Source: a virus (lineage: Duplodnaviria; Caudoviricetes). Taken from it: 64,000 bases of DNA. A program made the position numbers and the translations under genes. The notes beneath the pieces were generated by a model, which was not told the DNA's origin, made no database searches, and saw only the letters and a list, made by a program, of their open reading frames with translations. The stretch covers positions 509 to 64,508 of the IMG/VR virus record IMGVR_UViG_3300038704_000071. One strand, 5' to 3'. Within the stretch, counting starts at the first letter, position 1. Every line of letters begins with the position of its first letter. Shown here piece after piece: positions 26,186-35,750 of the stretch.

Positions 26186-26973
26186 GCGCGAAGATATCCA
26201 AGGCCGTCCGCGATGCCATCGCCGACCCGTTCGCCCTGGGTGACGCGCAGTCGGAATGGACGCTGCCCGAGGTGCTGCCACCGATCGCGGAGCTTCGGGC
26301 TGCGCTCGCGGCGCTTCGGGCCGATCTGGAACCGACCGCGCCGAAGGACGCCCGCTGGTGCCTCGGCAAGATGCGGCAGCGGTTCGGAATCGGGACCGCC
26401 GAGATCGATGCCGCGGCCTGGCTGAAGGCGCTGCAGTCCTTCCCGCGGAACATGATCTTCGAAGCGGTCCGGATCGTGGTGACCGACGACAAGCGGCCGA
26501 CGCTGGAGAGTTTCACCCGACATCCCGGGCTTGTGCGCCGCCAGACCGATCTGGCACGCGCCGAGGCGATCCTGGCCGCGCTGATAAAACCTAAGCCGGT
26601 GGCGCCGGTCGAGCGCCCGCCGGCTGCGGTGAGGCTGCGGCAGTGCCGGGATGCGGCGCTGAGCCGGCGTGACGCCGTGGCCGCAGCGAAGTGGGCGCGC
26701 GAGCTTGCTGCAGCCGAGGGCAGGGAGCCCCAAGCCTGGGTGGTCGAGAGCGAAAAGCCAGCCGTGGCGCCTGCAGTCGATCAGGCACCGGCCCCGGCGA
26801 TCGAGCCCAGCGCGCGGAACAAGGTGCTGATGCTGAGGGCCCGGGCGCGGTGGTGGCGCAAGAACCGGCTCGACCCGCACGCCGCGCGTCTCGAGGCGGA
26901 AGCCGACGCCCTCGACCCGCAGCACATCGAGGAGCCCATCGGCGAGGACTACGAGCAGGGAGCAGCAGCATGA
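26182..26973 (+). CDS. Paralog of 25352-26185
   Basis: FPRNMI...KRPTLESF and LAAAEGREPQAW versus LAKLEGREPSGW. Confidence 0.6.
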   Translation: MSAKISKAVRDAIADPFALGDAQSEWTLPEVLPPIAELRAALAALRADLEPTAPKDARWCLGKMRQRFGIGTAEIDAAAWLKALQSFPRNMIFEAVRIVVTDDKRPTLESFTRHPGLVRRQTDLARAEAILAALIKPKPVAPVERPPAAVRLRQCRDAALSRRDAVAAAKWARELAAAEGREPQAWVVESEKPAVAPAVDQAPAPAIEPSARNKVLMLRARARWWRKNRLDPHAARLEAEADALDPQHIEEPIGEDYEQGAAA

Positions 26974-27194
26974 CGAAGCGCAACGAACGGACGTCACCGC
27001 GGGTGGTCAAGGTCGCGGCGAAGGTGCTGGCGATGCAGAACGATCTGAACCTGGAGCTGTACGAGCATCCGCATGGGCATGGTCCGGTGATGACCTCGCT
27101 CAAGTGGCGCGACATCCGTGCGCTCGCCGCGTCGTGCCTCACGCAGACGGCCGACAAGCCGAAGCGCGCGGCGGCGAAGCGGAGGGCGCGGTGA
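26970..27194 (+). CDS. Hypothetical protein
   Basis: RTSPRVVKVAAKVL...LAASCLTQ; coupled. Confidence 0.6.
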   Translation: MTKRNERTSPRVVKVAAKVLAMQNDLNLELYEHPHGHGPVMTSLKWRDIRALAASCLTQTADKPKRAAAKRRAR

Positions 27195-27451
27195 TGACTC
27201 GTAGCGATGCGGGCGACCTCACATTTTCCGGGCCTGTCATGACTGCTGAATTGGCAAAACCAAGGGTCGACATGACGCGCCTGCCGTCCGATCCGAAGCA
27301 GCTGGAGAAAATGGCGGAGGAGCGCGTCGACATGATGAACTCCGGCGCGCAGTTCCTGCCGATAAACCTGGGGCTTGAGATCGTCGTCCTGCGCGCCCTT
27401 GCCGACGCCTATCGCCGCATCGAGGCGCTGGAAGCGAGGGTAGGGCGATGA
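27194..27451 (+). CDS. Hypothetical protein
   Basis: TGATG coupling. Confidence 0.55.
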   Translation: MTRSDAGDLTFSGPVMTAELAKPRVDMTRLPSDPKQLEKMAEERVDMMNSGAQFLPINLGLEIVVLRALADAYRRIEALEARVGR

Positions 27452-27909
27452 TCGTCGTCGGCTTGGCGTGGTTCTCGCTGTGCATCGGCGTTCCCATCAT
27501 CATCGCGTGGGCGTCGGTAGACGCATTCACGGGCGCTCAAACCCTCACGGCCGACAAAGGCGCGGCCGTTATCGGGGTCAGCTTTGTCACGCTGTGTGTG
27601 GCGTTCGCAGCCATGGTGGTCTGTGACGGCACAGCGGGTGACAGGCATCGCCGCGAGCGCGGATGGACATCGAAGCCACCGCCTCCTGCGCCGCGCCCGA
27701 CATGGTCGGAGAGTCGCCCGGTGACTGGATGCGGCGCGCCACCCAATCCGCCGAACAAAGGCAGTGGTGCGCAAAATCCCAGAACGCCGAACAAAGCGGA
27801 TCTTGAGTGCGACGTTCTGCGGATTCTCATGCAGATAGCTGACGGTGGAGACGCCCGGCTCAATTCTGCCGGAGCGCAGTACCTTCTCGACGTGCTGAGG
27901 CGCCAATGA
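27448..27909 (+). CDS. Membrane protein
   Basis: Two hydrophobic segments; coupled. Confidence 0.55.
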   Translation: MIVVGLAWFSLCIGVPIIIAWASVDAFTGAQTLTADKGAAVIGVSFVTLCVAFAAMVVCDGTAGDRHRRERGWTSKPPPPAPRPTWSESRPVTGCGAPPNPPNKGSGAQNPRTPNKADLECDVLRILMQIADGGDARLNSAGAQYLLDVLRRQ

Positions 27910-28124
27910 ACCGCCACCGCTACCGCGAGCACCGGATCCCGACATCGCTGGAGCGCCATCTGCCTCGACAGCCGGTGTCTGGCGAGACGCTGCGACGGCT
28001 GGTCGCCGAGGCGCGCGAGGCCGGCGTCATCGTGTTCCTGAAGTCGGAGCTGGCTGAATTGGCGCCGGTCGATCGCGCCGTCATCGAAGCGGTGGCGCAG
28101 CGGTTCGCGAAGGGGAGAAGCTGA
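27906..28124 (+). CDS. Hypothetical protein
   Basis: Coupled ORF. Confidence 0.55.
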   Translation: MNRHRYREHRIPTSLERHLPRQPVSGETLRRLVAEAREAGVIVFLKSELAELAPVDRAVIEAVAQRFAKGRS

Positions 28125-28126
28125 CC

Positions 28127-28690
28127 ATGGCGAAGCCCAAGAAGTCGAAGAAGATCAAGAAGCGCTTCGGCCGCGATGCCCTCGACTGGCAGGAGAGGCA
28201 CAGTCCCACGGTCGAGATCGCGGTCGATGACCCCGAGGCCACGCGGAAGACCAGGCGCAATCTCACCCGCGTCCGCCAGTCGGAGGCATGGCGGCACAAC
28301 CGACTCACCGGGATGCAGCGCGACGCCGAGAAGGAGATGGAATTCGCTTGGCGCCAGCGCACGGCTGGGCTCGGTGCTGCGTCATCACGGTACGGCGAAT
28401 CGCGTGGCGCCAGTAGTCGGGCCGATCTCGGCTCCAGCATCGATGCGTCGTGGCGGGAATGGGTTGCGCTGGCACATCAGCGGCGGATCATGATCGATGC
28501 CGTCGTCGACTGCCTCGCTGAGCCGAAGTCGTTGGCCCAGATCGAGCGAGATCGTAGGATGCGGCGAGGGCAGGCGTTCGACAACTACGTCGCCGGGCTC
28601 GACCTCTGGTGCGAGGTCAGGGGCTGGACGCGGGGACCGAGGATGGATCGTGGGCCGCATCTCCTGCCGGAGTCGCCAACTACATCTTGA
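28127..28690 (+). CDS. Putative late-gene activator/antiterminator (Q position)
   Basis: Last gene before the promoter-terminator and packaging genes; C-terminal HTH-like SLAQIERDRRMRRG..L. Confidence 0.5.
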   Translation: MAKPKKSKKIKKRFGRDALDWQERHSPTVEIAVDDPEATRKTRRNLTRVRQSEAWRHNRLTGMQRDAEKEMEFAWRQRTAGLGAASSRYGESRGASSRADLGSSIDASWREWVALAHQRRIMIDAVVDCLAEPKSLAQIERDRRMRRGQAFDNYVAGLDLWCEVRGWTRGPRMDRGPHLLPESPTTS

Positions 28691-28780
28691 CAAACCGTGT
28701 AAGCTGACCCCCTTATATGTGCCATTATCGGACTAAAGGTCTGAGCAGCGCCCGCACGGTTCTTCCGTCGCGGGCGTTTT
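28687..28780 (+). promoter_or_regulatory. pR'/tR'-like late promoter followed by a terminator hairpin
   Basis: TTGACA at 28687 (-10 box unclear); hairpin CGCCCGCACGG-TTCTT-CCGTCGCGGGCG followed by TTTT at 28749-28780. Confidence 0.45.
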
Positions 28781-28796
28781 CGTTTGGAGCGTCCCA

Positions 28797-29108
28797 ATGG
28801 ATTGGACCGACGCCCTCATCCTCGCCGGGGTGCTGCTCGGGTCCGTCGCCGGTCCGGCCCTGCTGGCGTGGAGGCGGCGCAAGACCTGGCGCGCGATCCG
28901 CTGGATGCCGATCGAGGACGCGCCCACGGACAGGCCGGTGCTGCTGAGCGATGGTGTCTATGTTGCCGCCGGGTATTGGGCCGACGAGAAGCGGGACCGC
29001 ATCGATGGATGGGTCGAGGCCGATCTCAGCCGCGGCAGTTGGGCGAAACCGGCGGCGATCCTGAAGGCGACGCACTGGGCTGAGATGCCGGGTCCGCCGG
29101 TGGTGTGA
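28797..29108 (+). CDS. Hypothetical protein with N-terminal TM segment
   Basis: WMPIEDAP...THWAEMPGPP. Confidence 0.6.
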   Translation: MDWTDALILAGVLLGSVAGPALLAWRRRKTWRAIRWMPIEDAPTDRPVLLSDGVYVAAGYWADEKRDRIDGWVEADLSRGSWAKPAAILKATHWAEMPGPPVV

Positions 29109-29461
29109 CGATGCCGACGATGCCACCGCGCCACCGTCCACCAGGTATGCCGACGAGGGAGCAGGCTGAGGCGAGGCGCAAGGCGGAGATCGACAAGCGC
29201 AGGCCGTCACCGGCTGAGCGAGGGTATGACGCCGCATGGCGGCGCTGCCGGAAGAAGTTCATCGAAGCGCACCCGGTCTGCTGCGTTCCCGGCTGCGGCA
29301 AGCCGACAAGTGACGTCGATCACATCAAGAGCGTGCGTGAGCGACCTGACCTGCGGCTATCGTGGTCTAACCTCAGGCCGTATTGCCATGCCCATCATAG
29401 TCAGCGCACGGCGACTGAGCAGGGCTTCGCGCGAAGGGGGCCACGCGAACGGCTTGCATGA
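29105..29461 (+). CDS. Packaging-associated HNH endonuclease
   Basis: SPAERGYDAAWRR, CC..C....DVDHI...NLRPYCHAHHSQRT; directly before terminase. Confidence 0.88.
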   Translation: MTMPTMPPRHRPPGMPTREQAEARRKAEIDKRRPSPAERGYDAAWRRCRKKFIEAHPVCCVPGCGKPTSDVDHIKSVRERPDLRLSWSNLRPYCHAHHSQRTATEQGFARRGPRERLA

Positions 29462-29563
29462 AGCCCCCGGGGGGGCGTTTGGTATTTTACACGCTGGGAG
29501 AGAGTTTACCGCATGTGAGGACAAAGTTTCGCACGGACGAGATAACAAAACGGGATTTTTCAC

Positions 29564-29989
29564 ATGAGACCCGGCCCCAAGGGCAACTCCCCAGAGGCGC
29601 AGCGCGCACACGGCGAGACGCGCCCATCTCGGGCCGTGGTGGCGCTCTATGCCGACCACGCCTCACGTCCCGACCCTGAAGACCTGCCACCGCCGCAGGG
29701 CATGTCCGCCGCGGCCAAGAAGGTCTGGAGCACGAAGGTTTCCCGCTATCGCCAGCGAGGCCAGAAGGTCCAGGGCTTCGAGGATGCGCTGCGGCAGTAC
29801 TGCGAGCTCGAAGTCCGGCTGAACAAGATGTTCAAGGGCGACTCGCCCGTGAACGTGTCGATGGTGAACACCTACCGGATGTTCGCGGCTGAGTTCTACG
29901 ACACGCCAGCGTCGCAGAAGGTATCCACCAATGCCAAGCCACCCGGCAACGCCTTCGCCAGGAACGGGCGGCCAACCGCCGGAGGCTGA
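29564..29989 (+). CDS. terS: Terminase small subunit (P27-like)
   Basis: MRPGPK...PPP..MS..AKKVW...EFYDTPASQ; position before TerL. Confidence 0.75.
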   Translation: MRPGPKGNSPEAQRAHGETRPSRAVVALYADHASRPDPEDLPPPQGMSAAAKKVWSTKVSRYRQRGQKVQGFEDALRQYCELEVRLNKMFKGDSPVNVSMVNTYRMFAAEFYDTPASQKVSTNAKPPGNAFARNGRPTAGG

Positions 29990-31703
29990 TTACCGGGACT
30001 ATGTCGCGGTCGGGCGGAAGTATGCCGAGGACGTCGTCGCCGGCCGCATCGTTGCCGGCAAGTGGGCGCGGCTCGCCTGCAAGCGCCACCTCGACGACAT
30101 GAAGCGAACCGACTGGGCCTATCGTTTCGACGCCTGGCACGCCGCCGACATCTGCGATTTCATCGAAAAGCTGCCGCACGTCGAGGGCCAGTGGGAGACG
30201 CCGAACATCAGGCTGGAGCCGCCGCAAGTTTTCATCCTGACGACTGTCTTCGGATGGCGACGTGCTGACGGCTACCGCCGATTCAGCACGGCCTACATCG
30301 AGGCCGCCCGGAAGTTCGCGAAGTCGACCCTGACCGCCGGCGTCGCGCTGTACTGCCTCTGCTGCGAGGGCGAGTCCGGCCCGCAGATCGTCATCGGCGC
30401 CACCACGGGCGAACAGGCCGGCAAGGTGTTCGGCCCCGCCAAGCGCATGGTCGAGAAGACCCCGGACCTGCAGGAGCACTTCGAACTCGGGACCTATGCG
30501 CGCTCGATCGCCTGCAAGCAGAACGGCGGCTTCATTCAGCCCATCAACGCCAAGGGCAAGACACAGGACGGCTGGAACCCGCACCTCGGCATCCTCGACG
30601 AGCTGCACGCCCATCTGGACCGCGCGCTCTTCGACGTCATCAAGTCGGCGTTCGGCGCCCGCAAGAATCCGCTGCTCTGGATCATCACCACCGCCGGATT
30701 TGACACCAACGGCGTCTGCTATGAGCAGCGGGCGAGCGCGACGAAGATGCTAGAGCGCGTTGTCGCGCTGGATCACCTGTTCGCGATGATTTTCACGCTC
30801 GACGAGGAGGACGACCCATTCGACGAGCGGGTGTGGGTGAAGGCAAATCCGATGATCGGCATCACGCCGACATGGGAGACGATGAGGGCCGTTGCCGCTG
30901 ACGCGAAGGTGTCGCCCCGCGAGGAAGGCAACTTCAAGACCAAGAACCTCAACATCTGGATGAATGCGGAATCGGCCTGGTTGTCCATGCCGCGGTGGAA
31001 CGCATGCGCAGATGAGGCGCTGTCCTGGGAGGAATTCGAAGGGCGCGACTGCTGGATCGGCTGCGATCTCGCCGACAAGGACGACATCACGGCGGCGGTT
31101 CTGGCCTCATTCGACGATGTTGGCCGCCTGATCTTCAAGCCGAAATTCTGGCTACCCGAGGCAGTGTTGAAGTCGCCGGAGCACGGCGAGGGACGCGGCT
31201 CGGGTCAGTACCGGACGTGGTCGCGCGGCGACGATCCGCCGATGACGCTGACGCCTGGCGACTGGGTCGATCACGGCGAGGTCGAGAAGACCGTCCGCGA
31301 GTGGATCGCGAAATACTCTGTGCGGCGCGTGACGTTCGATCAGTTCGCGGCTGGCCAGCTTATGGCAAGCCGACTGAACGAAGATCTTGCGACGCCGGAT
31401 CGCCCGCTCGCCTACATCTTGCCGAAGAACGCGAAGAACACGACCGACCCGGCGAAGGACCTCGAGGCCCGTGTGAAAAGCGGTCCTTCACGGCTCCGGC
31501 ACGACAACAATCCGGTGATGAACTGGATGGCTTCGAATGCCTGCGTCTCGCGCCGGCGCGACGAAACGATCCTGCCGATCAAGGAAAGCCAGATGTCGCC
31601 GAACAAGATCGACGGCATCGACGCGCTGATCAACGCCATCCATCCGGCGACGGTGCTGACCGAAGAGAAGCCGAAGCCGTCGTACCAGATGATTATCCTC
31701 TAG
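29931..31703 (+). CDS. terL: Terminase large subunit
   Basis: ARKFAKST Walker A, ILDELHAH Walker B, IITTAG, GCDLA, KIDGIDALINA. Confidence 0.95.
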   Translation: MPSHPATPSPGTGGQPPEADYRDYVAVGRKYAEDVVAGRIVAGKWARLACKRHLDDMKRTDWAYRFDAWHAADICDFIEKLPHVEGQWETPNIRLEPPQVFILTTVFGWRRADGYRRFSTAYIEAARKFAKSTLTAGVALYCLCCEGESGPQIVIGATTGEQAGKVFGPAKRMVEKTPDLQEHFELGTYARSIACKQNGGFIQPINAKGKTQDGWNPHLGILDELHAHLDRALFDVIKSAFGARKNPLLWIITTAGFDTNGVCYEQRASATKMLERVVALDHLFAMIFTLDEEDDPFDERVWVKANPMIGITPTWETMRAVAADAKVSPREEGNFKTKNLNIWMNAESAWLSMPRWNACADEALSWEEFEGRDCWIGCDLADKDDITAAVLASFDDVGRLIFKPKFWLPEAVLKSPEHGEGRGSGQYRTWSRGDDPPMTLTPGDWVDHGEVEKTVREWIAKYSVRRVTFDQFAAGQLMASRLNEDLATPDRPLAYILPKNAKNTTDPAKDLEARVKSGPSRLRHDNNPVMNWMASNACVSRRRDETILPIKESQMSPNKIDGIDALINAIHPATVLTEEKPKPSYQMIIL

Positions 31704-31737
31704 CGAGGCGAACCGGACGGCCCACAGCCGCAGAGTG

Positions 31738-31817
31738 TATAAACAGAGCGGGCCGAAGTGGTGCGTCAACACCGACTCCGACCCTGACCAAATCAACCTG
31801 GGTAAGAGGTCGAAATG
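31738..31817 (+). promoter_or_regulatory. Promoter and structured leader of the GIY-YIG gene
   Basis: TATAAA, hairpin with GGTG/CACC core, then CAACCTG-N3-AAGAGG-N2-GAAATG, shared with 48212-48289. Confidence 0.55.
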
Positions 31818-32534
31818 GCTGAGAACAGCGGTACTCCCGCGTCGCGGGAGGCGCAACCGCCGCCAAATGCGAGCGGCATCTACGAAATTGTCAATCTGGC
31901 CAACGGCAAGCGATACATCGGCAGCGCGGTGAACCTTCGCAGGCGATGGAGCGCCCATCGCGGCGCGCTGAAGGCCGGCAACCACGTCAACATTCACCTC
32001 CAGAGATCGTGGAATGCACGGGGTGCTCAAGCTTTTGTCTTTGCGGTGGTTGAGTATTGCGACAGAGCGGACCTCATTCGGCGAGAGCAACATCACATCG
32101 ACGCTCTTAGGCCAGAGTACAATCTCTGCCCAAGGGCAGGATCGACGCTCGGTGTTCGGCGATCGGCAGAGCAGCTATTGAGGGCGAGCGCCGCGCATCT
32201 AGGAAAGAGACATTCGGCCGAAACGCGCGCCAAACTTTCGGAAGTGCAGCGCGGCCGGGTACATTCGCTGACAACCCGCGCGAAAATGAGCGCTACGGCC
32301 CTCGGTCGAAAGAAGTCGGCAGAGACGCGCTCCAAAATCAGCGCCGCTGCTCTCGGCAGGATTATTCCCATCGATCAGCGCGCCAAAATTGCCGCTGCGA
32401 AACGTGGACGCGCGCACTCCGCCGAGACGCGCGCAAAGATGAGTGCCTCAGCGCTTGGCAGGAAGAAATCCGAACAGACGCGCGCGAACATGCGTGCGGC
32501 GTGGCAGCGCCGAAAGGCCGCCCGACTTACGTAA
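31815..32534 (+). CDS. GIY-YIG homing endonuclease with NUMOD3 repeats
   Basis: SGIYEIVNLANGKRYIGSA and repeated HSAETRAK(L/M)S. Confidence 0.92.
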   Translation: MAENSGTPASREAQPPPNASGIYEIVNLANGKRYIGSAVNLRRRWSAHRGALKAGNHVNIHLQRSWNARGAQAFVFAVVEYCDRADLIRREQHHIDALRPEYNLCPRAGSTLGVRRSAEQLLRASAAHLGKRHSAETRAKLSEVQRGRVHSLTTRAKMSATALGRKKSAETRSKISAAALGRIIPIDQRAKIAAAKRGRAHSAETRAKMSASALGRKKSEQTRANMRAAWQRRKAARLT

Positions 32535-32547
32535 TCTGGAGGCCAGC

Positions 32548-34566
32548 ATGGATCGACCGGTATGCGTTGCCTTGCAGGTCAAGGCGATGAACGAAGACGC
32601 GCGCCTGATCGAGGGGTGGGCGACGCTGGCTGAGATGGACCGCGTAGGCGACGTCGTGCTTCCGCGGGGAGCGAGCTACGAGCTGCCGCTGCCCTTCCTT
32701 CTCGACCACGACCACCGCAAGGCCGTCGGCGAAGTTGATCGGGTCGAAGTGTCGGACAAGGGCATCAAGTTCTGGGCGCATATCAAGAAGATCGCCGAGC
32801 CCGGCGAGGTCAAAGACCTGTGCGACACCGCCTGGTCGCTCGTGAAGAACGGGCTCCGAAAGGCTGTGTCCATCGGCTTTTCCGCGAAGGACTTCGACAT
32901 CCTGCCCAACGGCGGGCTGAAGTTCACTTCGTGGGAATGGCTTGAGCTTTCTGCCGTCACAGTGCCCGCGGCTCCGGGCGCAAGAATCACAAACATCAAG
33001 AGCGTCGCGCCTCAAGACAGGTTCACCACCATCAGCGCCGACATCCAGAATCCGAGCGATCGCGAACCCGCCGCGTCCGGCAAGACGTTCGCGACTGTCC
33101 GGCTGCAAACCCCTCCCGCGTCCGGGAAATCGGCCACATCCAGCAAGCCCCAGGAGGGCAGTCCTTTGAAAATTTCGGAGAAAATCTCGCGCTTCGAAGA
33201 GAAGCGCGCCGCCAACACCGCGCGCATCGCGGCCATCCACGAGGAGACCGACGAGTCCCTCAACGACGCGCAACTCGATGAGATCAAGGGCCTGGAGGCC
33301 GAGATCGCGACCATCGACCGCGACCTGCCGAGCCTGAAGCGCGTCGAGGCCGACTTGGCCAAGAATGCCAAGCCGGTTCCCCGTACCGCGGGCATCGGTG
33401 ACAACGGCGGCCCCGCTCTGCAGCCGACTGTCGGCGTCTCCGTCAAGCAGGTGCCGAAGCCCGAACCGGGTATCCGCTTCGCGCGGTATGTCCGCTGCAT
33501 GGCGATCGCGCACAAGGACCACGTCGATGCCGCGCGCCTGGCCGAGAACCTCTACGGTGAGCGCGACCCCGTGGTGGTCGGCATGGTCAAGGCCGCAGGC
33601 ACCGCCGTCGGCGCGTACAACGGCACCACCGACTCTGCTCTGATCGGCAATGAAGGCGGCTTCGCCGACTTCGTGGAGTTGCTCCGCAACCGATCCATCG
33701 TCGGGCGGTTCGGCCAGAACGGTATCCCCGCCCTGCGCGGCATCCCGTTCCGCGTGCCGCTCATCAGTCAGGTGACGTCCGGCGGGGCGTACTGGGTCGG
33801 TGAGGGTGACGGCAAGCCGGTCGTGAAGGGCACGTTCGGCCGCACCGAGCTCGCGCCACTGAAGATCGCGGCCATCTCCGTGGCCACCATGGAAGTGCTG
33901 CGCGACAGCTCGCCGGGCGCCGAGCGGCTGATTCGCGACGACCTTGCGGCCTCGATCGTCGAGCGCATGGACTTGTCGTTCATCGACCCGACGAACAACG
34001 GCTCGGCCGGTGTGTTCCCGGCATCGATCACGTACGGCGCCGAGGCCATCGTGTCGGAAACCTACTCCGATGCCGACGACATCCGTACCGATGTTCGCTC
34101 GCTGATGCAGAAGTTCATCGATGCCAAGAACCCGCTTACCACGGGTGTCTGGGTGATGTCGGCGAGCAACGCGCTGGCGCTGTCGATGATCAAGAACGCG
34201 CTGGGCCAGGCGGAATTCCCGGCCATCACGATCAACGGCGGCATGTTCGAAGGTCTGCCGGTGATCGTGTCCGACCACATCGGCAGCTATGTCGCTCTGG
34301 TGAACGCCAGCGACATCTGGTTCGGCGACGAGGGCGGCATCCAGATCGACATGTCCGACCAGGCGTCCCTGCAGATGGTCGGTGGCGACGATGACGGGTC
34401 GACCCAGAACAGCATCACACCGGTGGCGACGTCGATGGTGTCGCTGTGGCAGACCAACAGCGTCGGCATCCGTGCCGAGCGCACGCTCAACTGGTTGCGC
34501 CGCCGCACTTCGGCGGTGGCCTACCTCAGCTCCGTGACCTGGGGCGGTGCGGTCAACGCATCCTGA
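32548..34566 (+). CDS. HK97-type prohead protease / major capsid protein fusion
   Basis: LLDHDH, SIGF, WLELSAVTVPA (protease) followed by capsid motifs WVGEG, PLKIAAI, LWQTNSVGIRAER. Confidence 0.92.
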   Translation: MDRPVCVALQVKAMNEDARLIEGWATLAEMDRVGDVVLPRGASYELPLPFLLDHDHRKAVGEVDRVEVSDKGIKFWAHIKKIAEPGEVKDLCDTAWSLVKNGLRKAVSIGFSAKDFDILPNGGLKFTSWEWLELSAVTVPAAPGARITNIKSVAPQDRFTTISADIQNPSDREPAASGKTFATVRLQTPPASGKSATSSKPQEGSPLKISEKISRFEEKRAANTARIAAIHEETDESLNDAQLDEIKGLEAEIATIDRDLPSLKRVEADLAKNAKPVPRTAGIGDNGGPALQPTVGVSVKQVPKPEPGIRFARYVRCMAIAHKDHVDAARLAENLYGERDPVVVGMVKAAGTAVGAYNGTTDSALIGNEGGFADFVELLRNRSIVGRFGQNGIPALRGIPFRVPLISQVTSGGAYWVGEGDGKPVVKGTFGRTELAPLKIAAISVATMEVLRDSSPGAERLIRDDLAASIVERMDLSFIDPTNNGSAGVFPASITYGAEAIVSETYSDADDIRTDVRSLMQKFIDAKNPLTTGVWVMSASNALALSMIKNALGQAEFPAITINGGMFEGLPVIVSDHIGSYVALVNASDIWFGDEGGIQIDMSDQASLQMVGGDDDGSTQNSITPVATSMVSLWQTNSVGIRAERTLNWLRRRTSAVAYLSSVTWGGAVNAS

Positions 34567-34637
34567 TCCTGAGTGAATGATGCGGGCGGCGGCTTCGGTC
34601 TCCGCCCGTCTTTCCCTCGCCTCCGGAGATCACGCTT

Positions 34638-34958
34638 ATGAAAATGCGAGCCACCAAGCCGCTGACCTATCGCACCCGCAGGCTGTTGCCCGGCGACGTC
34701 TTCGAGGTCGAGCGCAACAAGGACGCCCGCGTGCTGCGCGCCATTCGGAAGGCCGAAGATCACGTGGAGATCGAGGATTCGCCGATGCAGGCACCAGTTC
34801 CCCCGCCCGTCGTCGAGGCCGCCGTTCCGCCGCCCGAGGACCTCGCCGCGATCCGCGCCGAATATGAAGCCGCAGTCGGCCGCAAGCCGTTCAACGGTTG
34901 GAACACCGAAACCCTCCGCGAGAAGATCGCGGCGCACAAGGCGGACGATCAGTCGTGA
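34638..34958 (+). CDS. Small head-module protein with C-terminal HeH-like motif
   Basis: IRAEYEAAVGRKPFNGWNTETLREKIA. Confidence 0.65.
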   Translation: MKMRATKPLTYRTRRLLPGDVFEVERNKDARVLRAIRKAEDHVEIEDSPMQAPVPPPVVEAAVPPPEDLAAIRAEYEAAVGRKPFNGWNTETLREKIAAHKADDQS

Positions 34959-35653
34959 TCGCCTATGACGAGATCCTCGATGGCCGCCGCACGACGGTCG
35001 TCGTGAACGAGCGCGGTGACGAGCTCGACCGCTATGCCGGCGTACCCCTGTCGATCCCCGTCGTGACGCCCTTCATCGAGCCCGGCGTCTACGTCTCGAC
35101 CCATGCCGCACTGGGCCGCGTCCCTTTGGCGACCGCCGCCAATCGCCGGCCGGTCCGCCAGCCCACCGCCGGCCGTATCGGAAGCGGCACCGTCATCGGC
35201 GACTTCGCCGTGCTCTACGCCGGCACGTTCATCGGCCGCGACTGCCAGATCGGCGACCACGCCGTTATCCGGGAGGATGTTCGGCTCGGCAACCGTGTCG
35301 TGGTCGGCACGATGGTTGACCTGCAATACAACGTCTTGGTGGGCGACGACGTGAAGTTGCTGAACCAGACGCAGATCACCGGAAATAGCACCATCGGACG
35401 CGGGTCTTTCTTTGGACCGGGTGTGCAGTCGATGAACGACAGGGAACTATTCAAGCACGAACCCGAAGATTACCAAGACCGTGGACAGGTCGGCATTACT
35501 GTCGGCGAGTATGTCCGCATAGGTGGCGGCGCCATCTTGCTGCCCGGCATCACTATCGGCGCTCGTGCAGTCGTCGGCGCTGGGGCGGTTGTCACCCGCG
35601 ATGTTGCGGCCGGCGAGACTGTGATGGGCTTTCCGGCCCGGCCGCGAGGGTAA
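34955..35653 (+). CDS. Hexapeptide-repeat acyltransferase
   Basis: [IV]G hexad repeats; IGGGAILLPGITIGARAVVGAGAVVTRDV. Confidence 0.88.
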   Translation: MIAYDEILDGRRTTVVVNERGDELDRYAGVPLSIPVVTPFIEPGVYVSTHAALGRVPLATAANRRPVRQPTAGRIGSGTVIGDFAVLYAGTFIGRDCQIGDHAVIREDVRLGNRVVVGTMVDLQYNVLVGDDVKLLNQTQITGNSTIGRGSFFGPGVQSMNDRELFKHEPEDYQDRGQVGITVGEYVRIGGGAILLPGITIGARAVVGAGAVVTRDVAAGETVMGFPARPRG

Positions 35654-35661
35654 ATAAAACG

Positions 35662-35746
35662 TTGCGTTGCGGCGCGTGGCGAAGAGTCGAGTCGCGGCGC
35701 GGCGCGGTGCGTGGCGAAGCGCCACGGGGCGCCACGATGCGAAGCG
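35662..35746 (-). repeat. Pentamer array unit 0 (17 x CGC/YNY+NN), putative guide RNA
   Basis: Minus strand cgctt cgcat cgtgg cgccc ... cgcgc cgcaa cgcaa, then cgttttattta. Confidence 0.85.
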
Positions 35747-35750
35747 GTAG

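Noticed and set aside
32190-32500. Repeated GAGACGCGCGC-type motifs
   Set aside because: Encode NUMOD3 repeats of the GIY-YIG protein
32505-32545. Possible duplicated TerL C-terminus (PTYVIW) after the GIY-YIG gene
   Set aside because: Similarity to PSYQMIIL is too short to support
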